From: an uncultured Candidatus Woesearchaeota archaeon
Lineage (GTDB): Archaea; Nanobdellota; Nanobdellia; Woesearchaeales; B29-G15
DNA length: 64,000 bases
Assembly: GCA_903915225.1 (NCBI GenBank)
Contig: CAIWSB010000055.1
Coordinates: 6,847 to 70,846, forward strand
Reading direction: 5' to 3'
Shown here: positions 10,157-20,929 of the stretch, piece by piece
How the letters are laid out: each line of letters begins with the position of its first letter
Position numbering within the stretch: position 1 is the stretch's first letter
Notes under the pieces: generated by a model
Told to the model about the DNA's origin: nothing
Database searches by the model: none
Seen by the model: the letters and a program-made list of their open reading frames with translations, nothing else
Made by a program: the position numbers and the translations under genes

Positions 10157-12948
10157 TTTAGCAATTGTTTTAGGAACTCCCCTGTATATGATGAAGTGTT
10201 CCTGGCGACTTCCTCTGGAGTGCCTGAGGCAATTATTCTCCCGCCCTCATCCCCGCCCTCTGGCCCGAGGTCGATTATATGGTCTGCTGATTTGATTACA
10301 TCAAGGTTATGCTCTATCACAACAACTGTGTTGCCCTTGTCAACAAGATCGTTCAGCACCTTAATCAGTTTTTTCACATCATGGAAATGAAGGCCAGTTG
10401 TGGGCTCATCCAGTAGGTAAAGCGTCCTGCCTGTTGCGTGCTTTGAGAGCTCCCTTGTGAGCTTTATCCTTTGAGCCTCGCCCCCTGAGAGCGTGGTAGA
10501 GCTCTGCCCGAGCTTGATGTACTCCAGCCCGACTCTGGAAAGGGTTTCCAGCTTGCGGCTGATTGAGGGGATGTTTTCAAACAGCAAAAGCGCTTCCTCA
10601 ACGCTCATGCCAAGGACATCTGCAATGGATTTGCCCTTGTACTTGATTTCCAAGGTCTCATTGTTGTAGCGCCTGCCCTTGCACTCCTCGCACTCCACAT
10701 AGACATCAGGGAGGAAGTTCATCTCAATCTTTATGAGCCCATCACCATCGCATGCCTCGCACCTTCCACCTGAGACATTGAATGAGAACCTGCCTGGCTT
10801 GAAGCCGCGAATCTTCGCCTCCTTGACCTGGACGAATATCATCCTAATCTCATCGAAAAGCTTAGTGTATGTTGCGGGGTTGCTACGAGGCGTGCGGCCA
10901 ATTGGGCTTTGGTCAATCACAATCACCTTGTCAATGTCGCCAAGATTGATGCTGTCATGTGCCCCTGCAACCACCTTTGGATTGTAGAGCTTTTTCTGCA
11001 GCCCTTTGTAAAGTATCTCGTAAATCAGAGTGGATTTGCCAGAGCCGGAGACACCAGTGACAAGTGTCAATGTGCCGATTGGTATTTTCACGTCAAGCCC
11101 TTTTAGGTTGTTCTCCCGAGCTCCCTTTATTTCAATGAAGCCATTTGGCTCCCTTCTTGATTTCGGAATCGGGATGCTGAGTTTGCCTGAAAGGTACTGG
11201 CCTGTGAGCGAGGCCTTGTTTGCCTCAATCTGTTTTGGCGTACCTTCTGCAACAACCCTTCCGCCGTGAATCCCCGCCCCAGGACCCATGTCAACAACCC
11301 AGTCAGCCTTTCTTATCGTGTCCTCATCATGCTCAACTACAATTAGGGTGTTGCCAATGTCGCGGAGCCTATGAAGAGTGTTTATCAGCTTCTGGTTGTC
11401 CTTCTGATGCAAACCTATTGAGGGCTCGTCAAGAATGTATAGGACGCCCATGAGGTTTGAGCCTATCTGCGTTGCCAGGCGAATCCTCTGCGCCTCGCCC
11501 CCTGAGAGCGTGCCTGCATTCCTGGAGAGTGTCAGGTAATCAAGCCCGACACGTGAAAGGAACCCAAGCCGTTCTTTTATCTCCTTGAGAATCTGCTTTG
11601 CAATCTCCTGCTGCTTTTCAGTGAGTTTTAGGTTTTCAAAAAATGATATGCTGGCCTTGATTGGGAGATTTGTTACATCAATTATTGACTTGCCGCCAAC
11701 TGTGACTGCGAGAACCTTCTCTTTCAATCTCTTGCCATTGCATTTCGGGCAGGCTGACACGCGCATCAGTTTCTCAAGCTCCTGCCTGCGGTACTCAGAC
11801 TGCGTCTGGTGGTATAAGCGCTCTGCCTGCGGGAGGAGCCCTTCCCAGCTCCCGTTGTGGCTCCAGTTTACCTCGCCATCCCGCATTGTCATGTCAAACT
11901 TAATCTTATCCTCAGAGCCGAACATCAATGCCTTATACTGTTCCGGAGTCAGGGCAGAAATCGGCGTGAGGGGGGTGTATTTGAAGTGCTTTGCAATTGC
12001 AGCAAGGTACTGGCCGCGCCAGCCGTCAACCGCATTCCTGTACATTGCAACTGCGCCATCTGCAATGCTCCTCGATTTGTCTGGTATTATTAGGTCAGGG
12101 TCAAACTCCATCTTTATGCCAAGCCCCGAGCACTCCTCGCATGCCCCGAACGGTGAATTGAATGAGAACATCCTGGGCTGGAGCTCCTCGAATGCAATCC
12201 CACACTTCGGGCATGCCATCTTTGCTGAGAAGACGTGCTCCTTGCCGGAATCATCAAGCACAATCACAAGCCCCTCGGATTTTGCGAGCGCCCCTTCAAC
12301 TGCCTCAACAAGCCTTGAGTGCTCGCCCGTGTCTATCCTGTCAATCACAATCTCAATGTCATGCTTCTTATACCTGTCAAGGCTCACCTTCTCATCTGTG
12401 CGCTGAACCTTGCCGTTAACACGGACACGTGTGTAGCCCTCTTTGCCCAAGTCCTCAATCAGCTTCTCATACGTGCCTTTTTTCTGCCTGACTACAGGCG
12501 CAAGTATTGTCGCCTTGCCCTTGATCTCGGCTATTTTCTGGGCAATCCTTTCAGGGGACTGGGCCTCTATTGGTATCTTATGGACAGGGCAATGGGGAAT
12601 TCCTATGCGCGCAAAGAGGAGCCTTAGGTAGTCATAAACTTCAGTGACTGTGCCAACTGTGCTTCTCGGGTTCTTGCTGGTTGTCTTCTGCTCAATTGAG
12701 ATTGCAGGCGATAGCCCTTCTATTGAATCAACGTCAGGCTTGTTCATCAGCCCGAGAAACTGCCTTGCATATGCCGAGAGCGACTCAACATAACGGCGCT
12801 GTCCCTCTGCATACAGTGTGTCAAATGCCAGAGTTGACTTGCCGGAACCAGATAGGCCGGTGAGGACAATGAACTTATCCCTCGGGAGGCTAATGCTTAT
12901 GTTCTTCAGGTTGTGTTCCCGCGCCCCCCTAATAACTATGTCCTTCAT
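10153..12948 (-). CDS. uvrA: excinuclease ABC subunit A
   Basis: [12 protein letters not shown] start and two ABC ATPase modules ([17 protein letters not shown] x2, GVSGSGKST) with zinc-finger Cys pairs. Start set at MKDIVI. Confidence 0.95.
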   Translation of the reverse strand: MKDIVIRGAREHNLKNISISLPRDKFIVLTGLSGSGKSTLAFDTLYAEGQRRYVESLSAYARQFLGLMNKPDVDSIEGLSPAISIEQKTTSKNPRSTVGTVTEVYDYLRLLFARIGIPHCPVHKIPIEAQSPERIAQKIAEIKGKATILAPVVRQKKGTYEKLIEDLGKEGYTRVRVNGKVQRTDEKVSLDRYKKHDIEIVIDRIDTGEHSRLVEAVEGALAKSEGLVIVLDDSGKEHVFSAKMACPKCGIAFEELQPRMFSFNSPFGACEECSGLGIKMEFDPDLIIPDKSRSIADGAVAMYRNAVDGWRGQYLAAIAKHFKYTPLTPISALTPEQYKALMFGSEDKIKFDMTMRDGEVNWSHNGSWEGLLPQAERLYHQTQSEYRRQELEKLMRVSACPKCNGKRLKEKVLAVTVGGKSIIDVTNLPIKASISFFENLKLTEKQQEIAKQILKEIKERLGFLSRVGLDYLTLSRNAGTLSGGEAQRIRLATQIGSNLMGVLYILDEPSIGLHQKDNQKLINTLHRLRDIGNTLIVVEHDEDTIRKADWVVDMGPGAGIHGGRVVAEGTPKQIEANKASLTGQYLSGKLSIPIPKSRREPNGFIEIKGARENNLKGLDVKIPIGTLTLVTGVSGSGKSTLIYEILYKGLQKKLYNPKVVAGAHDSINLGDIDKVIVIDQSPIGRTPRSNPATYTKLFDEIRMIFVQVKEAKIRGFKPGRFSFNVSGGRCEACDGDGLIKIEMNFLPDVYVECEECKGRRYNNETLEIKYKGKSIADVLGMSVEEALLLFENIPSISRKLETLSRVGLEYIKLGQSSTTLSGGEAQRIKLTRELSKHATGRTLYLLDEPTTGLHFHDVKKLIKVLNDLVDKGNTVVVIEHNLDVIKSADHIIDLGPEGGDEGGRIIASGTPEEVARNTSSYTGEFLKQLLK

Positions 12949-13074
12949 AACCCTGCTGAGAGAAAACAGCACTTTAAAAAGCTATCCACAACCCCTGTCC
13001 AGTGGGCTTAGTGCGATGACAAAACCAGACGAGCGAGGCCCTTATCCAAACAAATTAATGGTAAACAAAAGAAA

Positions 13075-13839
13075 TTATTGCCCCTTATACCGTACAGTTA
13101 TATCCCCTGCTGTTGTCCGCAGGGTCAAAGAGCCCCATGATTGGACATTAGGGGGAACATACCTTCCATGCCCCTTTGAAAGCATCCCTTCCACGCTAAT
13201 CTTTCCGCAGGAGGTTCCAGCGCTCACTGCAACAGGGGTAAGAAGGGTGATTGAAATATCGCCAGCGGTTGTCCTCAAGTACCCTTTGTGGGCAACATCG
13301 CCCGTGATATCCCCTGCTGTTGTCTCAATATCCAAATCCAATTCAAGGTCTGACTTTGGAGCTGAAATATCCCCGTTCAACCTCTCAACAGAGAGCCTCC
13401 CATCCTTATATGAAGGCTCTGCATTTGTCTTCCCTTTTACATAGACCTTGCCATCATCAGAAAGCCCAAGGCGCACATCATTGGATACCCCTCGAACTTC
13501 CAATCTCCTCACGCCCTCATAGCCCTTGTCTACCTCAACCTCAAGGTCGCTTCCATTGAAGGACACAGAGCCATTTGATATGCTTACACCGCTGATAATT
13601 ACTGAGCCGCCGGTACGGATATGAGAGCCAATGCTGACTCGGCCTGCGTAACCGCCATAGTGGACAGTTGTGCCCCCTATTTCAAGGATTCCATTTGAGG
13701 GCATATCATTTATTTCAACCTCACCTGAGCTAGAAACAACTGCATATTTTTTGCCATCTGGTGTGATTGCAATATTGTTGATTATGCTTGCACCATCAAA
13801 CTCCCTGGGGAGCCTTACGCCGTTTATTTTTGTCTTCAT
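13075..13839 (-). CDS. DUF4097-like beta-rich repeat protein (putative adhesin family)
   Basis: Repeated TTAGDI(T/S) blocks and Gly/Ser/Val-rich beta-strand repeats. Confidence 0.6.
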   Translation of the reverse strand: MKTKINGVRLPREFDGASIINNIAITPDGKKYAVVSSSGEVEINDMPSNGILEIGGTTVHYGGYAGRVSIGSHIRTGGSVIISGVSISNGSVSFNGSDLEVEVDKGYEGVRRLEVRGVSNDVRLGLSDDGKVYVKGKTNAEPSYKDGRLSVERLNGDISAPKSDLELDLDIETTAGDITGDVAHKGYLRTTAGDISITLLTPVAVSAGTSCGKISVEGMLSKGHGRYVPPNVQSWGSLTLRTTAGDITVRYKGQ

Positions 13840-14357
13840 TTTATCTTCGCAACCTGCACCCTAATGTCTTTAACTTCCTCTGAAATGTCTCTTCTGGTAT
13901 GCAAATATTGATCAAGCAGATTGACATAATGCTCTGCCTGACGAATGCTCTGCTCAGCACAGGTTGGATTCCCCTGGCTGACATATTCCCAGGCCCATTT
14001 CAATTCTCGCATAATGCCTGCATTGAATCCAATCTCCCTGATATCTTTGACCTTTTCCGCAATATCTTGCTGGATATAACCGGCATAATCCAATATGTAG
14101 CCCAAAACCATTTCCATGGATGCAGCACTCCCCAGCAAGGCCAGCCTGCGGACCTCTTTGAGCCCATTTGCAACAGCAATTGGATACCCTGTTTTCTTTA
14201 TTACAGCTACCCTTGTAGTAATATCTTTACCAACTCTCCTGGCAAATCCCTGCGCGACAGATAAGCCAATTTCCATATCTCTGGCATTGCCTTGCAGGGC
14301 GTATCCCTCTGCCTGCTTGAGGTTCCCTTCAATCTCCTGCTCAAGTGTGAATACCAT
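13836..14357 (-). CDS. hypothetical protein
   Basis: 173-aa ORF, co-directional and overlapping its neighbours. Confidence 0.5.
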   Translation of the reverse strand: MVFTLEQEIEGNLKQAEGYALQGNARDMEIGLSVAQGFARRVGKDITTRVAVIKKTGYPIAVANGLKEVRRLALLGSAASMEMVLGYILDYAGYIQQDIAEKVKDIREIGFNAGIMRELKWAWEYVSQGNPTCAEQSIRQAEHYVNLLDQYLHTRRDISEEVKDIRVQVAKIK

Positions 14358-14362
14358 TTCAA

Positions 14363-14617
14363 TTACCTGTTCCTGTACACCTTAATGGCGGTGGCTACGA
14401 GTGCGACCAGCCCGCCAACACCAGCACCTACGTCGGCGCCCACAAATGCTGAGGCTCCATCAACTGCATATTTTATTGCAGCAGGGGCTTCCTTCAAAAC
14501 TGGAAAATAATGATTGCATGCTTCACCAAAGAAAACACCGCCCACTACACCGGCTGCGATACCCGCGCCAAAAACAAGGGCATAATTTCTTATTAAATGT
14601 TGATTTCTTCCTATCAT
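14363..14617 (-). CDS. small Gly/Ala-rich membrane protein
   Basis: 84 aa, two hydrophobic G/A/V-rich segments. Confidence 0.5.
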   Translation of the reverse strand: MIGRNQHLIRNYALVFGAGIAAGVVGGVFFGEACNHYFPVLKEAPAAIKYAVDGASAFVGADVGAGVGGLVALVATAIKVYRNR

Positions 14618-14627
14618 TTTTATTACC

Positions 14628-15101
14628 TCACAAGAGCTTTAAAAGTTCAGCCCGGCTTCTATCTGACGCATTCAGCGCTACCAGTGTTATCTTCCCTCTG
14701 ACGTATTTTTCAGCTTCAGGGGAATGGCGTGAGAATTTATGCGCAGCGAACAGCATGCATAATCTGGAGTCCTCAAATAGAAACTCCTGAGCCTGGTCTG
14801 CTGCCATCATGCCCAAAATGCCGGTTGTGTCATTGTCACCCAGCTCCATTGCTACCTCGTAAAGGGCACGGAATCCTATTAACCTGTCGTCTGAAAAAGG
14901 GGAGCTGGAAACCGCATCATATGCTGATTGGACCAGTGAAGCGAGGCGCTCACGGCCAAGCTGCTCATTATCCAACGCCTTATAGGCCAGCATTGCATTT
15001 ACCATGCATTTGCAAGTGGACTCAATATAGGGCTGGTGCTCCATGCCTTTTTCCCATCTTTTCCCAACTGCCAATAATTCTTCCTGTAACATTTTCAACA
15101 C
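14628..15101 (-). CDS. hypothetical protein, 'GKRWE' family (paralog of 27756..28241)
   Basis: N-terminal ...LLAVGKRWEKG aligns with MANQQMLSEGKRWEAE of the other copy. Both lie immediately downstream of a GPAYAC-family gene. Confidence 0.6.
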   Translation of the reverse strand: MLKMLQEELLAVGKRWEKGMEHQPYIESTCKCMVNAMLAYKALDNEQLGRERLASLVQSAYDAVSSSPFSDDRLIGFRALYEVAMELGDNDTTGILGMMAADQAQEFLFEDSRLCMLFAAHKFSRHSPEAEKYVRGKITLVALNASDRSRAELLKLL

Positions 15102-15604
15102 CTCTGGACATGCCCGCCATTTCCTTGCACATACTGCTTGGCTGCCGCAAGTGTCCTATCAAGAGCTGTCTGTTTTTCCTTCAGCTCATATTGCTTCTCA
15201 ACTGCCTCAAATAAAGCCCTAACAGGGGCGGGGAAACTCCCATCATCCCGGATGATGGTCCTTACTTCATTGCCCTCAACAACCAACAGCTGCCAAAGAG
15301 TCAACCTGTATCTTCCAGTGGTTTGCAGCCTACTTCTCGGGGCACTTGCATCCGAACATGTGACCGGGTCATTCACCCATTCAGAATGCCCGAACACGGC
15401 AATATCTAAAGTAATATCATCTGGCAATTTAACCTCGCACGCATATGCCGGGCCGATTGAACCAAGAGTCATGTCAGCTATAAGGTACCATTCTGGATTT
15501 GCCTTCTTCAAAATATCATCAACAAGAGTTGGCGGCAAATCTTGTATGGGGGTTGTGTCCCGCGTCAATTCCTCAAGCGTAATTTGGGTAAGCATTTCAA
15601 TCAC
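15095..15604 (-). CDS. hypothetical protein, 'GPAYAC' family (paralogs at 20455..20925 and 28252..28752)
   Basis: Starts MIEM. Conserved block GPAYACEVKLPDDITLDI and downstream W-QL-VV/VA-(E/R)-G-(D/N)-E-(V/I/I)-(R/M) are shared by the three copies. Confidence 0.65.
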   Translation of the reverse strand: MIEMLTQITLEELTRDTTPIQDLPPTLVDDILKKANPEWYLIADMTLGSIGPAYACEVKLPDDITLDIAVFGHSEWVNDPVTCSDASAPRSRLQTTGRYRLTLWQLLVVEGNEVRTIIRDDGSFPAPVRALFEAVEKQYELKEKQTALDRTLAAAKQYVQGNGGHVQRC

Positions 15605-16386
15605 CTAGTTCCCTTTGATTTTTGCACACGTGATGATTCAGTCACAGGCAATGGCCTTTCGAGATTGGCCTCTGGGCTCTCATTCCAGCGAGCCCGTGTC
15701 TTGCCCTGCGGGTCATCAAAGTGCTTATTGTCCTCATTGAAGCAATGAACATAACCCTCCTCAATGAATCTCCTCATTGAAGTATAGAGGCAGGATTCAG
15801 TCACGAACTTGTACTTGCCTGCCTGGACCAGCCGATTCAATAAATCAACATCCTCCATAACCCTCAAATCCTCGCGGAACAATTTGCCTTCCGGGAGCTC
15901 AACGCGCTTTCCCAAATCTCGAGTTAAGAACATAAATGCGCCGGCACCGTTCTGGCCCTTGCCTACCTTTTCTGCCTGCCTGCTCACGTGCTCAACATAC
16001 CAGCACCATATGACCGCCCGCAGGCGATGGTCATCCGAAGGCCTTATCTTTGCTTTGCCGCAGTCATATCCTCGAGAGCAAAGCTTGGCCACTGTTTCAA
16101 GAAGGTTTGGCGCTGCGCGGCTGTCTGAATCCATGAAAGCAACAATGTCGCCCTTTGAAGCAGCATAGCCAATGTTTCGGGCGTGGGAGATGCCCTGCAC
16201 TGGCGTCTCTATAACCTGGTCTGCAAACATACTGGCGACCTCTGCGGTCTTATCAGTGCAAGCGTTGGGCACGACAATAACCTCAAGATTACCATATTTC
16301 TGCGTCCTTAGAGAAAGAATCGCATCTCCTACATAATTCGCTTCGTTGTAAGCTGGCAGCACTACTGATATCAATGGCTTATTCAT
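15601..16386 (-). CDS. family 2 glycosyltransferase (dolichyl-phosphate sugar synthase-like)
   Basis: ISVVLPAYNEA..., a DxD-type segment (AFMDSDS) and a RRF catalytic region. About 70% similar to its neighbour. Confidence 0.8.
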   Translation of the reverse strand: MNKPLISVVLPAYNEANYVGDAILSLRTQKYGNLEVIVVPNACTDKTAEVASMFADQVIETPVQGISHARNIGYAASKGDIVAFMDSDSRAAPNLLETVAKLCSRGYDCGKAKIRPSDDHRLRAVIWCWYVEHVSRQAEKVGKGQNGAGAFMFLTRDLGKRVELPEGKLFREDLRVMEDVDLLNRLVQAGKYKFVTESCLYTSMRRFIEEGYVHCFNEDNKHFDDPQGKTRARWNESPEANLERPLPVTESSRVQKSKGTR

Positions 16387-16431
16387 CGAGAACCTGAATT
16401 AAGGGGGATTTATAAAGATTACGATTTTTGA

Positions 16432-17208
16432 CTACTTTTTAATAGTCACAAACTCTGATTGCTGTGCCCCTCCAGAAACCTGCTCAGCGGGTTGCGGCTT
16501 CTGATTCCAGCGCGCCCGAGTTTTCCCAACGGGGTTGGCACAGTGGATAGTATCTTCAATAAGGCATTTGAAATATCCTTCTTCGATAAAACGCCTCATG
16601 GAGGTGTAAAGGCATGACTCGGTTATGAACTTGTACTTGCCTGCCTTTGCCATTCGGCCCAGCAAATCCACGTCCTCCATAACCATTAGGTCCTCCCTAA
16701 ACAATGTGCCATCGGGAAGCTCAATCCTTTTCCCCAAATCGCGCGTCAGGAATATGAAGGCACCGGCACCGGATGTTGCACCGGAGTTGTGTTCAGCCCT
16801 CCTGCTTATTAACTCTGAATACCAGGTGAAGAGCAGTGCCCTCAACCTGGGATCATCTGACGGCCGGATCTTGGCCTTGCCGCAGTTGTACCCCTGCTTA
16901 TACAGTTGGGCAACTGTCTCAAGAAGGTTTGGCGCTGCGAGGCTGTCTGCATCCATGAATGCAACAACATCACCGTTTGCAAAAGAATAGCCGAGGTTTT
17001 TGGCGTGAGAGATGCCCTTAACTGGCGTCTCTATAACTTGGTCCGCAACACTTTTCGCAACATTGGCTGTGTTGTCTGTGCAGGCGTTTGCAACAACAAT
17101 TGTCTCGAGCTTATCATAGCCTTGCTGCCTGAGGGAATTTACCGCATCTGCAATATAGTCCCTCTCATTGTAAGCTGGAAGTACAACTGATATCAAAGGC
17201 CCATCCAT
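16432..17208 (-). CDS. family 2 glycosyltransferase, tandem paralog
   Basis: ISVVLPAYNERDYI ... AFMDADS ... SMRRFIEEGY, same architecture as 15601..16386. Confidence 0.8.
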   Translation of the reverse strand: MDGPLISVVLPAYNERDYIADAVNSLRQQGYDKLETIVVANACTDNTANVAKSVADQVIETPVKGISHAKNLGYSFANGDVVAFMDADSLAAPNLLETVAQLYKQGYNCGKAKIRPSDDPRLRALLFTWYSELISRRAEHNSGATSGAGAFIFLTRDLGKRIELPDGTLFREDLMVMEDVDLLGRMAKAGKYKFITESCLYTSMRRFIEEGYFKCLIEDTIHCANPVGKTRARWNQKPQPAEQVSGGAQQSEFVTIKK

Positions 17209-17323
17209 AGACGCCTTGAATTTGGGGAAATTTATAAATGTTTCTTATTTTAACTACTATTAAAAGACAATTACAAAAGGGTTAAAAGGATGATGTGCTT
17301 ATCTGTTGTGGGGGTAAACCAAA

Positions 17324-17644
17324 ATGGCTGAAGTTGATATGAAATTGCTGGAAGATGTAGTGGAAGCCTTGAGAGGAGTAGTCTACGAGCCTGAAGACAA
17401 GGCAGAGCATGTGAGTCTTGTCCCATTGGCAGGAGGGCACGGAATACATGCGCTGACAGAAGGCCCCGGGCACCACAAGGTGAGGGACATATGTGAATAT
17501 GAAGTCCCGCAAGGCCAGGTCTATGTCACCATCAACACGACTGGGTGCATAGGGGGGAGCTTCTCGACATATGCCCTCAAGAGGGTTGAGCCAAGAAAGC
17601 TGGAGCTTGTAGAGAAATATGTCCACAGGACGTCATTCTTCTAA
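17324..17644 (+). CDS. hypothetical protein
   Basis: 106-aa ORF with coding-like composition. Confidence 0.4.
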   Translation: MAEVDMKLLEDVVEALRGVVYEPEDKAEHVSLVPLAGGHGIHALTEGPGHHKVRDICEYEVPQGQVYVTINTTGCIGGSFSTYALKRVEPRKLELVEKYVHRTSFF

Positions 17645-17727
17645 TATCACATTCCCTTCTGTCTCTCAGCGAAGGGAGCAAAATATATATACCAAAAAAT
17701 ACAAATCAAACAAAAAGGTGATGTGAA

Positions 17728-17925
17728 ATGCCAATAAAGAAGGAGTGTAAAAATTTCAAATGCATGTGCCAAGGGGGAGCAACATACGGACTCGGGTTCC
17801 TGGGTGCGGTAATATATTACTTCTCCACTGCGACAGGTTTCTGGATGGGCGTCCTCGGATTCCTAAAGGCCCTGGTCTGGCCAGTGTTCCTGGTGTTTGG
17901 CCTGCTGAAGTTTTTGGGGCTGTAA
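17728..17925 (+). CDS. small membrane protein
   Basis: 65 aa with two hydrophobic helices and an N-terminal Cys cluster (CKNFKCMC). Confidence 0.4.
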   Translation: MPIKKECKNFKCMCQGGATYGLGFLGAVIYYFSTATGFWMGVLGFLKALVWPVFLVFGLLKFLGL

Positions 17926-17969
17926 ATCTTTCCCAAGGATATTACCTCTAAGACAGAGGATTGAAAGCC

Positions 17970-18413
17970 TTACTTTATTTCCAAAATCTTCGCTGCTCGC
18001 TCAGGGTCAACCCGGTACGGAGACTCTTTACCCTCATAGAAATGGTGCACATGGATCAAGTGCACTATCCCGCCTGGAAAATTCAGTCTTTCACCAGTCT
18101 GCTGGTTTACGACATACAAATCCATACAGCTGTTTGGCATAAATAACCCACCATCCTGCCACGGGCACTCTTGCCCACCCCGGTATACTGACCCCCCAAC
18201 AAGGTATTTCCCATCAACCAGCACTCCTGATCCTGTGGGATAAGCCACAGCATCAATAAAATACTGGAACCTGGCTGCTATCTTCTTGTGTGTTAAACCC
18301 AGCCTGCGCACGGTCTCATCATCTGCTTTTAAAACATCCTCGAGCTTCTCATTCTCACCCAAGAATCCCCCTTGGGATAGTTTCCCCGGCCTCATGGATT
18401 CCTCTAGACTCAT
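17970..18413 (-). CDS. hypothetical protein
   Basis: 147-aa ORF overlapping the upstream gene by 4 nt. Confidence 0.5.
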   Translation of the reverse strand: MSLEESMRPGKLSQGGFLGENEKLEDVLKADDETVRRLGLTHKKIAARFQYFIDAVAYPTGSGVLVDGKYLVGGSVYRGGQECPWQDGGLFMPNSCMDLYVVNQQTGERLNFPGGIVHLIHVHHFYEGKESPYRVDPERAAKILEIK

Positions 18414-19012
18414 TCCAACCGCCTCCGTGATGCGCTGAATTTTATGCCATAATCAAAATCAACTGGGAAAATATAGAGCGAACGGTCTCTCACATCAACC
18501 ACAATATCCCTCCAAACAACATTATTACTTTGCCTGGCCTTGATTGGAATGTGAACAACACACTCTATGCCCACCTTTTGAAGGGCCTCCTTTATCCTCC
18601 AGGGAGGGAATTCATGGTTATCCACATGATAAACATGAACAGCCATTACCTGCTCTAAGTCCTTGAAAATCTCCTTTGGGTCCTCAGGGTGAATCTCACC
18701 GTTTGGCCACTCACCTGTAAGAGATAAACAAGGGTCAGATGTGGGGTAGTTGTGCGCCAGCGCCCCAACAAGCCCCATGTCATCCAAGAAAGCAATGCCC
18801 TGGCACGAGTAGTAATTCTCAGAGATAAGAAGCCCGTTTGATGATCTGAGCTCCCCCGGCGGAACAGATGTATGGGGCTGGGCCTTGAGCTCTGCAAACA
18901 CTGCTCTTGGAACTACCTCCTGCGGGAAACCCGATTCTGTAATTGCCCTTATCAAATCATCCTTTGACATCATCTCACTCTTGAGAGTATTATCTACTCG
19001 AATAAACAACAA
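18410..19012 (-). CDS. hypothetical protein
   Basis: 200-aa ORF. Confidence 0.5.
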   Translation of the reverse strand: MLFIRVDNTLKSEMMSKDDLIRAITESGFPQEVVPRAVFAELKAQPHTSVPPGELRSSNGLLISENYYSCQGIAFLDDMGLVGALAHNYPTSDPCLSLTGEWPNGEIHPEDPKEIFKDLEQVMAVHVYHVDNHEFPPWRIKEALQKVGIECVVHIPIKARQSNNVVWRDIVVDVRDRSLYIFPVDFDYGIKFSASRRRLE

Positions 19013-19143
19013 ATTGCCCCCCTTAATATAGGAGAAAAAACACGCTTAAAAGCCTTTGGGGCTGGCGAGTTGATTGAAAAACACTTACTAATATATTCAA
19101 TACATACCAAATATATATATCCGTTATTATACTAATAAGTTAT

Positions 19144-19551
19144 ATGATAGAACAAAAAATCGCTGAACTACAAAAACAACACGCAGACACATTCGAGATA
19201 ACAGCAGAGAAGGGCTGGCTCAGGATAAAGTCAAAAACGCCAACCTATACCGACCATCCTGCAATAAACGGGCCGGCATACCTAGACTACAACATCAACT
19301 ATGATGACCACCGCCAGCCCGAATATAGCGACATGAGCAGGAATGTCTGGCTGAGAACCAAAGCCGGCAAGGGCTTCATGCATGTGAGCTACTGCGGCGG
19401 ACTGGGAATATGGCAGGTCTCTGAGCTTGGAGAGCCAGTTGCAGCAAGCGACATCAGCAGCGAATCAAAGAGGCTGGTGGAAGACTGGCTCAAGTCAATG
19501 GATGACTACGTGCTGAAGCACATCCCCGGGCTGGAAGAGGCCTTAAAATAG
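19144..19551 (+). CDS. hypothetical protein
   Basis: 135-aa ORF. Confidence 0.45.
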   Translation: MIEQKIAELQKQHADTFEITAEKGWLRIKSKTPTYTDHPAINGPAYLDYNINYDDHRQPEYSDMSRNVWLRTKAGKGFMHVSYCGGLGIWQVSELGEPVAASDISSESKRLVEDWLKSMDDYVLKHIPGLEEALK

Positions 19552-19558
19552 GCCTCTT

Positions 19559-20458
19559 CTATGAGGATTTATAGCCAGAAAGCGCATTTTGAATCGAAGC
19601 CCTCTGCTCAGACCTCTTGCGGGAAAGGTACTGCTCAGGGTTTTCGATTTCATTTGATGATACCCTGAATATGCTCTCATCCTTTGCCCGCATCCTTCTA
19701 AGTGTCTCAGGATCCTTTATGTCAACACCTGGCTTCAACGGGTTTAGTGCCAGGTCAAGCGCTGCACGTTGCGAAACCATCCTACTGACAAAGGCGAAGA
19801 ATACTTCCCCAGTGTAATAGCATTTGATATCAGGCGGGAACAAAGATTCAGCGTACGTCAATTTACTAGCAATCTCAGGATTCAGTTCCTTCCCATTAAC
19901 CTTGTTCACAAGAATCTGCACCTTTACCTGGACGAATTTTGAATAATCAGAATGCTCAGTATTGGGGTCATACAGGCTGTGCGAGAGATATTGAGCAAAA
20001 CCTTCTTCGACTAACTTGTAGACTCGGTTATGTGTGAGGGATAACCTGGAAAATGGACTCTTAAGTTGGCTCTGAATTCCCAGTGAATTTACTCTTTGGT
20101 GGGTAACTTCATGTGCGAGCATGCTCAGTTTTGTTGGTTCATCGGAATCCTTGAACTTTTCTGGATTGTAATATATAACATTAGGTACAGCATAATTAAC
20201 ACCGGCCACATAATCGCTACGGCCCATGTGCCTCTGCGCAACAAACCGGGCTGTGGTTTGGAATACAAATTTTGCCACTTTCCCAGGTTTCCTGCCAACT
20301 TTCTGTTCTAAATTTTCACCTAGCTGCCTGGCAAAATCCTGCTGAAACTGGTCGTTTGTCCTGACAGTAAGAGGAGCAAACTCAATCTCCCTGCCTAGTA
20401 ACTCGCATAAGAGCTTATCCACGCTCTCCTGTGCCTGCGGCAATAATTCCTCTATCAT
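19559..20458 (-). CDS. HExxH-motif protein (putative zinc metallopeptidase-like)
   Basis: SMLAHEVTHQRVN motif. It overlaps by 4 nt the GPAYAC-family gene upstream. Confidence 0.5.
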   Translation of the reverse strand: MIEELLPQAQESVDKLLCELLGREIEFAPLTVRTNDQFQQDFARQLGENLEQKVGRKPGKVAKFVFQTTARFVAQRHMGRSDYVAGVNYAVPNVIYYNPEKFKDSDEPTKLSMLAHEVTHQRVNSLGIQSQLKSPFSRLSLTHNRVYKLVEEGFAQYLSHSLYDPNTEHSDYSKFVQVKVQILVNKVNGKELNPEIASKLTYAESLFPPDIKCYYTGEVFFAFVSRMVSQRAALDLALNPLKPGVDIKDPETLRRMRAKDESIFRVSSNEIENPEQYLSRKRSEQRASIQNALSGYKSS

Positions 20459-20925
20459 TTCGACAGATACCCCTTAACAGCAGCACGGACCTGATCGGCA
20501 GAAGGAGGCTGTTGCTTTGGCTGAGCGGAATATTTAGCGTGGACTCTCTCAAAAAGCTTTCTCGGCTCGGCCTTGCGCCCGCCTCCAATGTAATTTGCCA
20601 TTATCTCGCTATCCCTGACTACAGTCAGCTGCCACCAATCCAATCCAAGACTGTCTCTTACAATTTCAGTGTCAAGGCAGGATGATATTTCTGAATAGCC
20701 TGTTGTGATGACATCCAGGGTGATATCCCCTGGCAGTGTAATTTGGCAGGCATATGCCGGTGCCGGACCTCTCATGTCTGGATTTATATCGTTGACTTTC
20801 TCCCACTTTGGATTGGCCTTTTTAATAAGCTTTAGGACATCACCCAAATCAAGCCCCTCCACAACCCTGAATACTAGCTTTTCAGTTAGCAAATCAAAAA
20901 GCCTTTTCTCATCCATTTCAATCAC
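20455..20925 (-). CDS. hypothetical protein, 'GPAYAC' family, third copy
   Basis: GPAPAYACQITLPGDITLDV is conserved. The likely GTG start at 20925 gives an N-terminus (V/M)IEMDEK that matches MIEM of the other two copies. Confidence 0.6.
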   Translation of the reverse strand: MIEMDEKRLFDLLTEKLVFRVVEGLDLGDVLKLIKKANPKWEKVNDINPDMRGPAPAYACQITLPGDITLDVITTGYSEISSCLDTEIVRDSLGLDWWQLTVVRDSEIMANYIGGGRKAEPRKLFERVHAKYSAQPKQQPPSADQVRAAVKGYLSK

Positions 20926-20929
20926 CTTC

